DNA of 64,000 bases from Antedon mediterranea (GCF_964355755.1 NW_027306095.1:62001-126000); one strand, 5' to 3'. Counted from the stretch's first letter, positions 38,701-53,200 are shown. The notes: generated by a model not told the origin, from the sequence alone. A program made the numbers and translations.

Positions 38701-41629
38701 TTTTGTGTGAAAAGTTTCATCGAAATGCACAAAATGGTCTAAAACGTCTGCAAATGCGATTTGAAGCTATTTTGTGCACTTTGATGTTTTTTTGTGAAAA
38801 GTTTCATCGAAATGTACAAAATTTTCTAAAACGTCTCTAAATGCGATTTGAAGCTATTTTGTGCACTTTGATGTTTTTTTGTGAAAAGTTTCATCGAAAT
38901 GTACAAAATTGTCTAAAACGTCTCTAAATGCGATTTGAAGCTATTTTGTGCACTTTGTCGTTTTTGTGTGAAAAGTTTCATCGAAATGCTCAAAATGGTC
39001 TAAAACGTCTCCAAATGCGATTTGAAGCAATTTTGTGCACTTTGATGTTTTTGTGTGAAAAGTTTAATCGAAATACACAAAATGGTCTAAAACGTCTGCA
39101 AATGCGATTTGAAGCTATTTTGTGCACTTTGTCGTTTTTGTGTGAAAAGTTTTTTCGAAATGCACAAAATGGTCTAAAACGTCTCTAAATGCGATTTGAA
39201 GCAATTTTGTGCACTTTGATGTTTTGTGTAATCCAGTTTCATCGAAATGTACAAAATTGTCTAAAACGTCTCTAAATGCGATTTGAAGCTATTTTGTGCA
39301 CTTTGTCGTTTTTGTGTGAAAAGTTTTTTCGAAATGCACAAAATGGTCTAAAACGTCTCCAATTGCGATTTGAAGTTATTTTGTGCACTTTGATGTTTTG
39401 TGTGAAAAGTTTTATCGAAATGCTCAAAATGGTCTAAAACGGTTTCAAATGTGATTTTAAGCAGTTTGATATTTTTGTGTAATCAAGTTTCATCGAAATG
39501 CACAAAATGGTCTAAAACGTCTGCAAATGCGATTTAAAGCTATTTTGTGCACCTTAATGTTTTGTGTGAAAAGTTTTATCGAAATTCTCAAAATGGTCTA
39601 AAACGGTTTCAAATGTGATTTTAAGCACTTTGATGTTTTTGTGTAATCAAGTTTCATCGAAATGCACAAAATGGTCTAAAACGTCTCCAAATGCGATTTG
39701 AAGCAATTTTGTGCACTTTGATGTTTTGTGTAATCCAGTTTCATCGAAATGTACAAAATTGTCTAAAACGTCTCTAAATGCGATTTGAAGCTATTTTGTG
39801 CACTTTGTCGTTTTTGTGTGAAAAGTTTCATCGAAATGCACAAAATGGTCTAAAACGCCTCCAATTGCGATTTGAAGTTATTTTGTGCACTTTGATGTTT
39901 TGTGTGAAAAGTTTTATCGAAATGCTCAAAATGGTCTAAAACGGTTTCAAATGTGATTTTAAGCACTTTGATATTTTTGTGTAATCAAGTTTCATCGAAA
40001 TGCACAAAATGGTCTAGAACGTCTGAAAATGCAATTTAAAGCTATTTTGTGCACTTTAATGTTTTGTGTGAAAAGTTTTATCGAAATTCTCAAAATGGTC
40101 TAAAACGGCTTCAAATGTGATTTTAAGCACTTTGATGTTTTTGTGTAATCAAGTTTTTTCGAAATGCACAACATGGTCTAAAACGTCTCCAAATGCGATT
40201 TGAAGCTATTTTGTGCACTTTGATGTTTTTGTGTGAAAAGTTTCAATGAAATGCACAAAATGGTCTAAAACGTCTCTAAATGCGATTTGAAGCTATTTTG
40301 TGCACTTTGTCGTTTTTGTGTGAAAAGTTTCATCGAAATGCTCAAAATGGTCTAAAACGTCTCCAAATGCGATTTGAAGCTATTTTGTGCACTTTGATGT
40401 TTTTTTCTGAAAAGTTTCATCGAAATGCACAAAATGGTCTAAAACGTCTCTAAATGCGATTTGAAGCTATTTTGTGCACTTTGATGTTTTTGTGTGAAAA
40501 GTTTCATCGAAATCCACAAAATGGTCTAAAACGTCTCTAAATGCGATTTGAAGCTATTTTGTGCACTTTGATGTTTTTTTGTGAAAAGTTTCATCGAAAT
40601 GCACAAAATGGTCTAAAACGTCTCTAAATGCGATTTGAAGCTATTTTGTGCACTTTGTCGTTTTTGTGTGAAAAGTTTCATCGAAATGCTCAAAATGGTC
40701 TAAAACGTCTCCAAATGCGATTTGAAGCAATTTTGTGCACTTTGATGTTTTTGTGTGAAAAGTTTCATCGAAATGCACAAAATGGTCTAAAACGTCTGCA
40801 AATGCGATTTGAAGCTATTTTGTGCACTTTGATGTTTTTTTGTGAAAAGTTTCATCGAAAGGCACAAAATTGTCTAAAACGTCTCTAAATGCGATTTGAA
40901 GCTATTTTGTGCACTTTGTCGTTTTTGTGTGAAAAGTTTCATCGAAATTCCCAAAATGGTCTAAAACATCTCCAAATGCGATTTGAAGCAATTTTGTGCA
41001 CTTTGATGTTTTTGTGTGAAAAGTTTCATCGAAATGCACAAAATGGTCTAAAACGTCTGCAAATGCGATTTGAAGCTATTTTGTGCACTTTGTCGTTTTT
41101 GTGTGAAAAGTTTTTTCGAAATGCACAAAATGGTCTAAAACGTCTCCAAATGCGATTTGAAGCAATTTTGTGCACTTTGATGTTTTGTGTAATCCAGTTT
41201 CATCGAAATGTACAAAATTGTCTAAAACGTCTCTAAATGCGATTTGAAGCTATTTTGTGCACTTTGTCGTTTTTGTGTGAAAAGTTTTTTCGAAATGCAC
41301 AAAATGGTCTAAAACGTCTCCAAATGCGATTTGAAGCAATTTTGTGCACTTTGATGTTTTGTGTAATCCAGTTTCATCGAAATGTACAAAATTGTCTAAA
41401 ACGTCTCTAAATGCGATTTGAAGCTATTTTGTGCACTTTGTCGTTTTTGTGTGAAAAGTTTTTTCGAAATGCACAAAATGGTCTAAAACGTCTCCAATTG
41501 CGATTTGAAGTTATTTTGTGCACTTTGATGTTTTGTGTGAAAAGTTTTATCGAAATGCTCAAAATGGTCTAAAACGGTTTCAAATGTGATTTTAAGCACT
41601 TTGATATTTTTGTGTAATCAAGTTTCATC

Positions 41630-43670
41630 GAAATGCACAAAATGGTCTAAAACGTCTGCAAATGCGATTTAAAGCTATTTTGTGCACTTTAATGTTTTGT
41701 GTGAAAAGTTTTATCGAAATTCTCAAAATGGTCTAAAACGGTTTCAAATGTGATTTTAAGCACTTTGATGTTTTTGTGTAATCAAGTTTCATCGAAATGC
41801 ACAAAATGGTTTAAAACGTCTGCAAATGCGATTTGAAGCTATTTTGAGCACTTTGATGTTTTTGTGTGAAAAGTTTCATCGAAATGCACAAAATTGTCAA
41901 AAACGTCTCCAAATACGATATTAAGCTATTTTGTGCACTTTGATGTTTTTGTGTGAAAAGTTTCATCGAAATGCACAAAATGGTCTAAAACGTCTGCAAA
42001 TGCGATTTGAAGCTATTTTGTGCACTTTGTCTTTTTTGTGTGAAAAGTTTCATCGAAATGCTCAAAATGGTCTAAAACGTCTCCAAATGCGATTTGAAGC
42101 AATTTTGTGCACTTTGATGTTTTTGTGTGAAAAGTTTCATCGAAATGCACAAAATGGTCTCTAAAACGTCTGCAAATGCGATTTGAAGCTATTTTGTGCA
42201 CTTTGTCGTTTTTGTGTGAAAAGTTTTTTCGAAATGCACAAAATGGTCTAAAACGTCTCCAAATGCGATTTGAAGCAATTTTGTGCACTTTGATGTTTTG
42301 TGTAATCCAGTTTCATCGAAATGTACAAAATTGTCTAAAACGTCTCTAAATGCGATTTGAAGCTATTTTGTGCACTTTGTCGTTTTTGTGTGAAAAGTTT
42401 TTTCGAAATGCACAAAATGGTCTAAAACGTCTCCAATTGCGATTTGAAGTTATTTTGTGCACTTTGATGTTTTGTGTGAAAAGTTTTATCGAAATGCTCA
42501 AAATGGTCTAAAACGGTTTCAAATGTGATTTTAAGCACTTTGATATTTTTGTATAATCAAGTTAAATCGAAATGCACAAAATGGTCTAAAACGTCTGCAA
42601 ATGCGATTTAAAGCTATTTTGTGCACTTTAATGTTTTGTGTGAAAAGTTTTATCGAAATTCTCAAAATGGTCTAAAACGGTTTCAAATGTGATTTTAAGC
42701 ACTTTGATGTTTTTGTGTAATCAAGTTTCATCGAAATGCACAAAATGGTTTAAAACGTCTGCAAATGCGATTTGAAGCTATTTTGAGCACTTTGATGTTT
42801 TTGTGTGAAAAGTTTCATCGAAATGCACAAAATTGTCAAAAACGTCTCCAAATACGATATTAAGCTATTTTGTGCACTTTGATGTTTTTGTGTGAAAAGT
42901 TTCATCGAAATGCACAAAATGGTCTAAAACGTCTGCAAATGCGATTTGAAGCTATTTTGTGCACTTTGTCTTTTTTGTGTGAAAAGTTTCATCGAAATGC
43001 TCAAAATGGTCTAAAACGTCTCCAAATGCGATTTGAAGCAATTTTGTGCACTTTGATGTTTTTGTGTGAAAAGTTTCATCGAAATGCACAAAATGGTCTC
43101 TAAAACGTCTGCAAATGCGATTTGAAGCTATTTTGTGCACTTTGTCGTTTTTGTGTGAAAAGTTTTTTCGAAATGCACAAAATGGTCTAAAACGTCTCCA
43201 AATGCGATTTGAAGCAATTTTGTGCACTTTGATGTTTTGTGTAATCCAGTTTCATCGAAATGTACAAAATTGTCTAAAACGTCTCTAAATGCGATTTGAA
43301 GCTATTTTGTGCACTTTGTCGTTTTTGTGTGAAAAGTTTTTTCGAAATGCACAAAATGGTCTAAAACGTCTCCAATTGCGATTTGAAGTTATTTTGTGCA
43401 CTTTGATGTTTTGTGTGAAAAGTTTTATCGAAATGCTCAAAATGGTCTAAAACGGTTTCAAATGTGATTTTAAGCACTTTGATATTTTTGTATAATCAAG
43501 TTAAATCGAAATGCACAAAATGGTCTAAAACGTCTGCAAATGCGATTTAAAGCTATTTTGTGCACTTTAATGTTTTGTGTGAAAAGTTTTATCGAAATTC
43601 TCAAAATGGTCTAAAACGGTTTCAAATGTGATTTTAAGCACTTTGATGTTTTTGTGTAATCAAGTTTCAT
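41630..43670. repeat. Tandem duplication, 939-bp period
   Basis: Private variants ATTTTGAGCAC, TGTCAAAAACG, GGTCTCTAAAACG (2-bp insertion) and GTATAATCAAGTTAAATCG each occur twice 939 bp apart; ORFs 41931/42870. Confidence 0.85.
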
Positions 43671-43844
43671 CGAAAAGCACAAAATGGTTTAAAACGTCTG
43701 CAAATGCGATTTGAAGCTATTTTGTGCACTTTGATGTTTTTGTGTGAAAAGTTTCATCGAAATGCACAAAATTGTCTAAAACGTTTCCAAATACGATATT
43801 AAGCTATTGTATGCACTTTGATATTTTTGAGTGAAAAGTTTTTT

Positions 43845-46185
43845 CGAAATGCACAAAATGGTCTAAAACGTCTCCAAATGCGATTTAAAGCTATTTTGTG
43901 TCTCCAATTGCGATTTGAAGTTATTTTGTGCACTTTGATGTTTTGTGTGAAAAGTTTTATCGAAATTCTCAAAATGGTCTAAAACGGTTTCAAATGCGAT
44001 TTTAAGCACTTTGATGTTTTTGTGTAATCAAGTTTTTTCGAAATGCACAACATGGTCTAAAACGTCTCCAAATGCGATTTGAAGCTATTTTGTGCACTTT
44101 GATGTTTTTGTGTGAAAAGTTTCATCGAAATGCACAAAATGGTCTAAAACGTCTCTAAATGCGATTTGAAGCTATTTTGTGCACTTTGATGTTTTTGTGT
44201 GAAAAGTTTCATCGAAATGCACAAAATGGTCTAAAACGTCTCTAAATGCGATTTGAAGCTATTTTGTGCACTTTGTCGTTTTTGTGTGAAAAGTTTCATC
44301 GAAATGCTCAAAATGGTCTAAAACGTCTCCAAATGCGATTTGAAGCTATTTTGTGCACGTTGATGTTTTTTTCTGAAAAGTTTCATCGAAATGCACAAAA
44401 TGGTCTAAAACGTCTCTAAATGCGATTTGAAGCTATTTTGTGCACTTTGATGTTTTTGTGTGAAAAGTTTCATCGAAATGCACAAAATGGTCTAAAACGT
44501 CTCTAAATGCGATTTGAAGCTATTTTGTGCACTTTGATGTTTTTTTGTGAAAAGTTTCATCGAAATGCACAAAATGGTCTAAAACGTCTCTAAATGCGAT
44601 TTGAAGCTATTTTGTGCACTTTGATGTTTTTTTGTGAAAAGTTTCATCGAAATGCACAAAATGGTCTAAAACGTCTCTAAATGCGATTTGAAGCTATTTT
44701 GTGCACTTTGTCGTTTTTGTGTGAAAAGTTTCATCGAAATGCTCAAAATGGTCTAAAACGTCTCCAAATGCGATTTGAAGCAATTTTGTGCACTTTGATG
44801 TTTTTGTGTGAAAAGTTTCATCGAAATGCACAAAATGGTCTAAAACGTCTGCAAATGCGATTTGAAGCTATTTTGTGCACTTTGATGTTTTTTTGTGAAA
44901 AGTTTCATCGAAAGGCACAAAATTGTCTAAAACGTCTCTAAATGCGATTTGAAGCTATTTTGTGCACTTTGTCGTTTTTGTGTGAAAAGTTTCATCGAAA
45001 TGCACAAAATGGTCTAAAACGTCTCCAAATGCGATTTAAAGCTATTTTGTGTCTCCAATTGCGATTTGAAGTTATTTTGTGCACTTTGATGTTTTGTGTG
45101 AAAAGTTTTATCGAAATTCTCAAAATGGTCTAAAACGGTTTCAAATGCGATTTTAAGCACTTTGATGTTTTTGTGTAATCAAGTTTTTTCGAAATGCACA
45201 ACATGGTCTAAAACGTCTCCAAATGCGATTTGAAGCTATTTTGTGCACTTTGATGTTTTTGTGTGAAAAGTTTCATCGAAATGCACAAAATGGTCTAAAA
45301 CGTCTCTAAATGCGATTTGAAGCTATTTTGTGCACTTTGATGTTTTTGTGTGAAAAGTTTCATCGAAATGCACAAAATGGTCTAAAACGTCTCTAAATGC
45401 GATTTGAAGCTATTTTGTGCACTTTGTCGTTTTTGTGTGAAAAGTTTCATCGAAATGCTCAAAATGGTCTAAAACGTCTCCAAATGCGATTTGAAGCTAT
45501 TTTGTGCACGTTGATGTTTTTTTCTGAAAAGTTTCATCGAAATGCACAAAATGGTCTAAAACGTCTCTAAATGCGATTTGAAGCTATTTTGTGCACTTTG
45601 ATGTTTTTGTGTGAAAAGTTTCATCGAAATGCACAAAATGGTCTAAAACGTCTCTAAATGCGATTTGAAGCTATTTTGTGCACTTTGATGTTTTTTTGTG
45701 AAAAGTTTCATCGAAATGCACAAAATGGTCTAAAACGTCTCTAAATGCGATTTGAAGCTATTTTGTGCACTTTGATGTTTTTTTGTGAAAAGTTTCATCG
45801 AAATGCACAAAATGGTCTAAAACGTCTCTAAATGCGATTTGAAGCTATTTTGTGCACTTTGTCGTTTTTGTGTGAAAAGTTTCATCGAAATGCTCAAAAT
45901 GGTCTAAAACGTCTCCAAATGCGATTTGAAGCAATTTTGTGCACTTTGATGTTTTTGTGTGAAAAGTTTCATCGAAATGCACAAAATGGTCTAAAACGTC
46001 TGCAAATGCGATTTGAAGCTATTTTGTGCACTTTGATGTTTTTTTGTGAAAAGTTTCATCGAAAGGCACAAAATTGTCTAAAACGTCTCTAAATGCGATT
46101 TGAAGCTATTTTGTGCACTTTGTCGTTTTTGTGTGAAAAGTTTCATCGAAATGCACAAAATGGTCTAAAACGTCTCCAAATGCGA
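43845..46185. repeat. Tandem duplication, 1151-bp period
   Basis: Deletion junction GCTATTTTGTG|TCTCCAATTGCG (~43900, ~45051) and variant GTGCACGTTG (~44353, ~45504); ORFs 44681/45832 are offset by 1151. Confidence 0.85.
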
Positions 46186-49100
46186 TTTGAAGTTATTTTG
46201 TGCACTTTGATGTTTTGTGTGAAAAGTTTTATCGAAATGCTCAAAATGGTCTAAAACGGTTTCAAATGTGATTTTAAGCACTTTGATATTTTTGTGTAAT
46301 CAAGTTTCATCGAAATGCACAAAATTGTCTAAAAATGCGATTTGAAGCTATTTTGTGCACTTTGATGTTTTTGTGTGAAAAGTTTCATCGAAATGCACAA
46401 AATGGTCTAAAACGTCTCCAAATATGATATTAAGCTATTGTATGCACTTTGTTGTTTTTATCTGAAAAGTTTTCACGAAATGCACAAAATGATCTAAAAC
46501 GTCTCTAAATGCGATTTGAAGTTATTTTGTGCACTTTAATGTTTTGTGTGAAAAGTTTTATCGAAAAGCACAAAATGGTCTAAAACGTCTCCAAATGCGA
46601 TTTGAAGCTATTTTGTGCACTTTTATGTTTTGTGTGAAAAGTTTCACCAAAATGCAAAAAATGGTCTAAAACGTCTCCAAATCCGTTTTGAAGCTAATCT
46701 AAGCACTTTGATGTTTTTATGTTAAACAGGTTTTTTCGAAATGCACAAAATGGTCTAAAACGTCTCCAAATACGATTTGAAGCTCTTTTGTGCACTTTGA
46801 TGTTTTGTGTAATAAGTTTTATAGAAACGCACAAAATGGTCTAAAACGGTTTCAAATGTGATTTTAAGCACTTTGATATTTTTGTTTAACCAAGTTTCAT
46901 CGAAATGCACAAAATGGTCTAAAACGTCTCCAAATGCGATTTGAAGCTGTTTTTGTGTGAAAAGTTTTTTCGAAATACACAAAATGGTCTAAAACGTCTC
47001 CAAATGCGATTTGGAGCTCTTTTGTGCACTTTGATGTTTTGTGTCAAAAGTTTTATAGAAATGCTCGAAATGGTCTAAAACGGTATCAAATGTGATTTTA
47101 AGCACTTTCATGTTTTTGTGTAGCCAAGTTTCATCGAAATGCACAAAAAAATCTAAAACGTCTCCAAATGCGATTTAAAGCTATTTTGTGCACTTTAATA
47201 TTTTGTGTGAAAAGTTTAATCGAAATTCTCAAAATGGTCTAAAACGGTTTCAAATGTGATTTTAAGCACTTTGATGTTTTTGTGTTATCAAGTTTCATCG
47301 AAATGCACAAAATGGTTTAAAACGTCTGCAAATGCGATTTGAAGCTATTTTGTGCACTTTGATGTTTTGTGTAATCCAGTTTCATCGAAATGTACAAAAT
47401 TGTCTAAAACGTCTCTAAATGCGATTTGAAGCTATTTTGTTCACTTTGTCGTTTTTGTGTGAAAAGTTTCATCGAAATGCTCAAAATGGTCTAAAACGTC
47501 TCCAAATGCGATTTGAAGCTATTTTGTGCACTTTGATGTTTTTGTGTGAAAAGTTTCATCGAAATGCACAAAATGGTCTTAAACGGTTTCAAATGTGATT
47601 TTAAGCACTTTGATATTTTTGTGTAATCAAGTTTTTTCGAAATGCACAAAATGGTCTAAAACGTCTCCAAATGCGATTTAAAGCTATTTTGTGCACTTTA
47701 ATGTTTTGTGTGAAAAGTTTTATCGAAATGCTCAAAATGGTCTAAAACGGTTTCAAATGTGATTTTAAGCACCTTGATGTTTTTGTGTAATCAAGTTTCA
47801 TCGAAATGCACAAAATGGTTTAAAACGTCTGCAAATGCGATTTGAAGCTATTTTGTGCACTTTGATGTTTTTTGTAATCCAGTTTCATCGAAATGTACAA
47901 AATTGTCTAAAACGTCTCTAAATGCGATTTGAAGCTATTTTGTGCACTTTGTCGTTTTTATGTGAAAAGTTTCATCGAAATGCTCAAAATGGTCTAAAAC
48001 GTCTACAAATGCGATTTGAAGCTATTTTGTGCACTTTGATGTTTTTGTGTGAAAAGTTTCATCGAAATGCACAAAATGGTCTAAAACGGTTTCAAATGTG
48101 ATTTTAAGCACTTTGATATTTTTGTGTAATCAAGTTTTTTCGAAATGCACAAAATGGTCTAAAACGTCTCCAATTGCGATTTGAAGTTATTTTGTGCACT
48201 TTGATGTTTTGTGAGAAAAGTTTTATCGAAATGCTCAAAATGGTCTAAAACGGTTTCAAATGTGATTTTAAGCACTTTGATATTTTTGTGTAATCAAGTT
48301 TCATCGAAATGCACAAAATGGTCTAAAACGTCTGCAAATGCGTTTTAAAGCTATTTTGTGCACTTTAATGTTTTGTGTGAAAAGTTTTATCGAAATTCTC
48401 AAAATGGTCTAAAACGGTTTCAAATGTGATTTTAAGCACTTTGATGTTTTTGTGTAATCAAGTTTCATCGAAATGCACAAAATGGTTTAAAACGTCTGCA
48501 AATGGGATTTGAAGCTATTTTGTGCACTTTGATGTTTTGTGTAATCCAGTTTCATCGAAATGTACAAAATTGTCTAAAACCTCTCAAAATGCGATTTGAA
48601 GCTATTTTGTGCACTTTGATGTTTTTGTGTGAAAAGTTTCATCGAAATGCACAAAATTGTCTAAAACGTCTCTAAATGCGATTTGAAGCTATTTTGTGCA
48701 CTTTGTCGTTTTTGTGTGAAAAGTTTTTTCGAAATGCACAAAATGGTCTAAAACGTCTCCAAATGCGATTTGAAGCAATTTTGTGCACTTTGATGTTTTG
48801 TGTAATCCAGTTTCATCGAAATGTACAAAATTGTCTAAAACGTCTCTAAATGCGATTTGAAGCTATTTTGTGCACTTTGTCGTTTTTGTGTGAAAAGTTT
48901 TTTCGAAACGCACAAAATGGTCTAAAACGTCTCCAATTGCGATTTGAAGTTATTTTGTGCACTTTGATGTTTTGTGTGAAAAGTTTTATCGAAATGCTCA
49001 AAATGGTCTAAAACGGTTTCAAATGTGATTTTAAGCACTTTGATATTTTTGTGTAATCAAGTTTCATCGAAATGCACAAAATGGTCTAAAACGTCTGCAA

Positions 49101-50209
49101 ATGCGATTTAAAGCTATTTTGTGCACTTTAATGTTTTGTGTGAAAAGTTTTATCGAAATTCTTAAAATGGTCTAAAACGGTTTCAAATGTGATTTTAAGC
49201 ACTTTGATGTTTTTGTGTAATCAAGTTTCATCGAAATGTACAAAATGGTTTAAAACGTCTGCAAATGCGATTTGAAGCTATTTTGTGCACTTTGATGTTT
49301 TTGTGTGAAAAGTTTCATCGAAATGCACAAAATTGTCTAAAACGTCTCCAAATACGATATTAAGCTATTGTATGCACTTTGATGTTTTTGAGTGAAAAGT
49401 TTTTTCGAAATGCACAAAATGTTCTAAAACGTCTCCAAATGCGATTTGGAGCTCTTTTGTGCACTTTAATTTTTTTTGTGTAAAAAGTTTGCTATTTTTT
49501 GCACTTTTAATGTTTTGTGTGAAAAGTTTTATCGAAATGCTCAAAATTGTCTAAAACGGTTTCAAATGTGATTTTAAGCACTTTGATTTTTTTGTGTAAT
49601 CAAGTTTTTTCGAAATGCACAACATGGTCTAAAACGTCTCCAAATGCGATTTGAAGCTATTTTGTGCACTTTGATGTTTTTGTGTGAAAAGTTTCATCGA
49701 AATGCACAAAATGGTCTAAAACGTCTCTAAATGCGATTTGAAGCTATTTTGTGCACTTTGATGTTTTTGTGTGAAAAGTTTCATCGAAAGGCACAAAATG
49801 GTCTAAAACGTCTCTAAATGCCATTTGAAGATATTTTGTGCACTTTGTCGTTTTTGTGTGAAAAGTTTCATCGAAATGCTCAAAATGGTCTAAAACGTCT
49901 CCAAATGCGATTTGAAGCTATTTTGTGCACTTTGATGTTTTTTTCTGAAAAGTTTCATCGAAATGCACAAAATGGTCTAAAACGTCTCTAAATGCGATTT
50001 GAAGCTATTTTGTGCACTTTGATGTTTTTGTGTGAAAAGTTTCATCGAAATGCACAAAATGGTCTAAAACGTCTCTAAATGCGATTTGAAGCTATTTTGT
50101 GCACTTTGATGTTTTTTTGTGAAAAGTTTCATCGAAATGCACAAAATGGTCTAAAACGTCTCTAAATGCGATTTGAAGCTATTTGTGCACTTTGTCGTTT
50201 TTGTGTGAA

Positions 50210-50241
50210 AAGTTTCATCGAAATGCATTTCGATGAAACTT
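50210..50241. repeat. Second copy of the perfect 32-bp palindrome at a B-to-A switch
   Basis: AAGTTTCATCGAAATG|CATTTCGATGAAACTT, centre at 50225/50226; identical to 15955-15986. Confidence 0.95.
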
Positions 50242-53200
50242 GATTACACAAAAATATCAAAGTTCTTAAAATCACATTTGAAACCGTTTTAGACCATTTT
50301 GAGCATTTCGATAAAACTTTTCACACAAAACATCAAAGTGCACAAATTAACTTCAAATCGCAATTGGAGACGTTTTAGACCATTTTGTGCATTTCGATGA
50401 AACTGTTCACACAAAAACGACAAAGTGCACAAAATAGCTTCAAATCGCATTTAGAGACGTTTTAGACAATTTTGTACATTTCGATGAAACTGGATTACAC
50501 AAAAAATCAAAGTGCACAAAATTGCTTCAAATCGCATTTGGAGACGTTTTAGACCATTTTGTGCATTTCGAAAAAACTTTTCACACAAAAACGACAAAGT
50601 GCACAAAATAGCTTCAAATCGCATTTGCAGACGTTTTAGACCATTTTGTGCATTTCGATGAAACTTTTCACACAAAAACATCAAAGTGCACAAAATTGCT
50701 TCAAATCGCATTTGGAGACGTTTTAGACCATTTTGAGCATTTCGATGAAACTTTTCACACAAAAACGACAAAGTGCACAAAATAGCTTCAAATCGCATTT
50801 AGAGACGTTTTAGACAATTTTGTGCCTTTCGATGAAACTTTTCACAAAAAAACATCAAAGTGCACAAAATAGCTTCAAATCGAATTTGCAGACGTTTTAG
50901 ACCATTTTGTGCATTTCGATGAAACTTTTCACACAAAAACATCAAAGTGCACAAAATTGCTTCAAATCGCATTTGGAGACGTTTTAGACCATTTTGAGCA
51001 TTTCGATGAAACTTTTCATACAAAAACATCAAAGTGCACAAAATAGCTTCAAATCGCATTTGCAGACGTTTTAGACCATTTTGTGCATTTCGATGAAACT
51101 TTTCACACAAAAACATCAAAGTGCACAAAATTTCTTCAAATCGCATTTGGAGACGTTTTAGACCATTTTGAGCATTTCGATGAAACTTTTCACACAAAAA
51201 CGACAAAGTGCACAAAATAGCTTCAAATCGCATTTAGAGCCGTTTTAGACCATTTTGTGCATTTCGATGAAACTTTTCACAAAAAAACATCAAAGTGCAC
51301 AAAATAGCTTCAAATCGCATTTAGAGACGTTTTAGACCATTTTGTGCATTTCGATGAAACTTTTCACACAAAAACATCAAAGTGCACAAAATAGCTTCAA
51401 ATCGCATTTAGAGACGTTTTAGACCATTTTGTGCATTTCGATGAAACTTTTCAGAAAAAAACATCAAAGTGCACAAAATAGCTTCAAATCGCATTTGGAG
51501 ACGTTTTAGACCATTTTGAGCATTTCGATGAAACTTTTCACACAAAAACGACAAAGTGCACAAAACAGCTTCAAATCGCATTTAGAGACGTTTTAGACCA
51601 TTTTGTGCATTTCGATGAAACTTTTCACACAAAAACATCAAAGTGCACAAAATAGCTTCAAATCGCATTTAGAGACGTTTTAGACCATGTTGTGCATTTC
51701 GAAAAAACTTTATTACACAAAAATATCAAAGTGCTTAAAATCACATTTGAAACCGTTTTAGACAATTTTGAGCATTTCGATAAAACGTTTCACACAAAAC
51801 ATTAAAAGTGCACAAAATAGCAAACTTTTTACACAAAAAAAATTAAAGTGCACAAAAGAGCTCCAAATGGCATTTGGAGACGTTTTAGAACATTTTGTGC
51901 ATTTCGAAAAAACTTTACACTCAAAAACATCAAAGTGCATACAATAGCTTAATATCGTATTTGGAGACGTTTTAGACAATTTTGTGCATTTCGATGAAAC
52001 TAGATTACACAAAAACATCAAAGTGCTTAAAATCACATTTGAAACCGTTTTAGACCATTTTGAGCATTTCGATAAAACTTTTCACACAAAACATCAAAGG
52101 GCACAAAATAACTTCAAATCGCAATTGGAGACGTTTTAGACCATTTTGTGCATTTCGAAAAAACTTTTCACACAAAAACGACAAAGTGCACAAAATAGCT
52201 TCAAATCGCATTTAGAGACGTTTTAGACAATTTTGTACATTTCGATGAAACTGGATTACACAAAACATCAAAGTGCACAAAATAGCTTCAAATCGCATTT
52301 GCAGACGTTTTAGACCATTTTGTGCATTTCGATGAAACTTTTCACACAAAAACATCAAAGTGCACAAAATTGCTTCAAATCGTATTTGGAGACGTTTTAG
52401 ACCATTTTGAGCATTTAGATGAAACTTTTCACACAAAAACGACAAAGTGCACAAAATAGCTTCAAATCGCATTTAGAGACGTTTTAGACCATTTTGTGCA
52501 TTTCGAAAAAACTTTTCACAAAAAAACATCAAAGTGCACAAAATAGCTTCAAATCGCATTTAGAGACGTTTTAGACCATTTTGTGTATTTCGATGAAACT
52601 TTTCACACAAAAACATCAAAGTGCACAAAATAGCTTCAAATCGCATTTAGAGACGTTTTAGACCATTTTGAGCATTTCGATGAAACTTTTCACACAAAAA
52701 CGACAAAGTGCACAAAATATCTTCAAATCGCATTTAGAGACGTTTTAGACCATTTTGTGCATTTCGATGAAACTTTTTACACAAAAACATCAAAGTGCAC
52801 AAAATAGCTTCAAATCGCATTTAGAGACGTTTTAGACCATTTTGTGCATTTCGATGAAACTTTTCACACAAAAACATCAAAGTGCACAAAATAGCTTCAA
52901 ATCGCATTTGGAGACGTTTTAGACCATGTTGTGCATTTCGAAAAAACTTGATTACACAAAAATATCAAAGTGCTTAAAATCACATTTGAAACCGTTTTAG
53001 ACAATTTTGAGCATTTCGAAAAAACTTTTCACACAAAACATTAAAGTTCACAAAATAGCAAACTTTTTACACAAAACATCAAAGTGCACAAAAGAGCTCC
53101 AAATCGCATTTGGAGACGTTTTAGACCATTTTGTGCATTTCGAAAAAACTTTTCACTGAAAAACAACAAAGTGCATACAATAGCTTAATATCGTATTTGG

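Larger units (their letters stand above)
32758..50225 (-). repeat. 87-bp satellite array, block 4 (inverted, orientation B), ~17.5 kb
   Basis: Reverse-complement monomers from ~32761 (TTTGTGCACTTTTTGTGAAAAGTTTCATCG) to the palindrome centre at 50225. Confidence 0.97.

Noticed and set aside
15971-50225. Blocks 3 and 4 as one giant perfect palindrome or fold-back artefact (similar lengths, 16.8 and 17.5 kb)
   Set aside because: The order of private variants on either side of 32757 is not mirror-symmetric, and the diverged patch at 46.3-47.3 kb has no counterpart in block 3.
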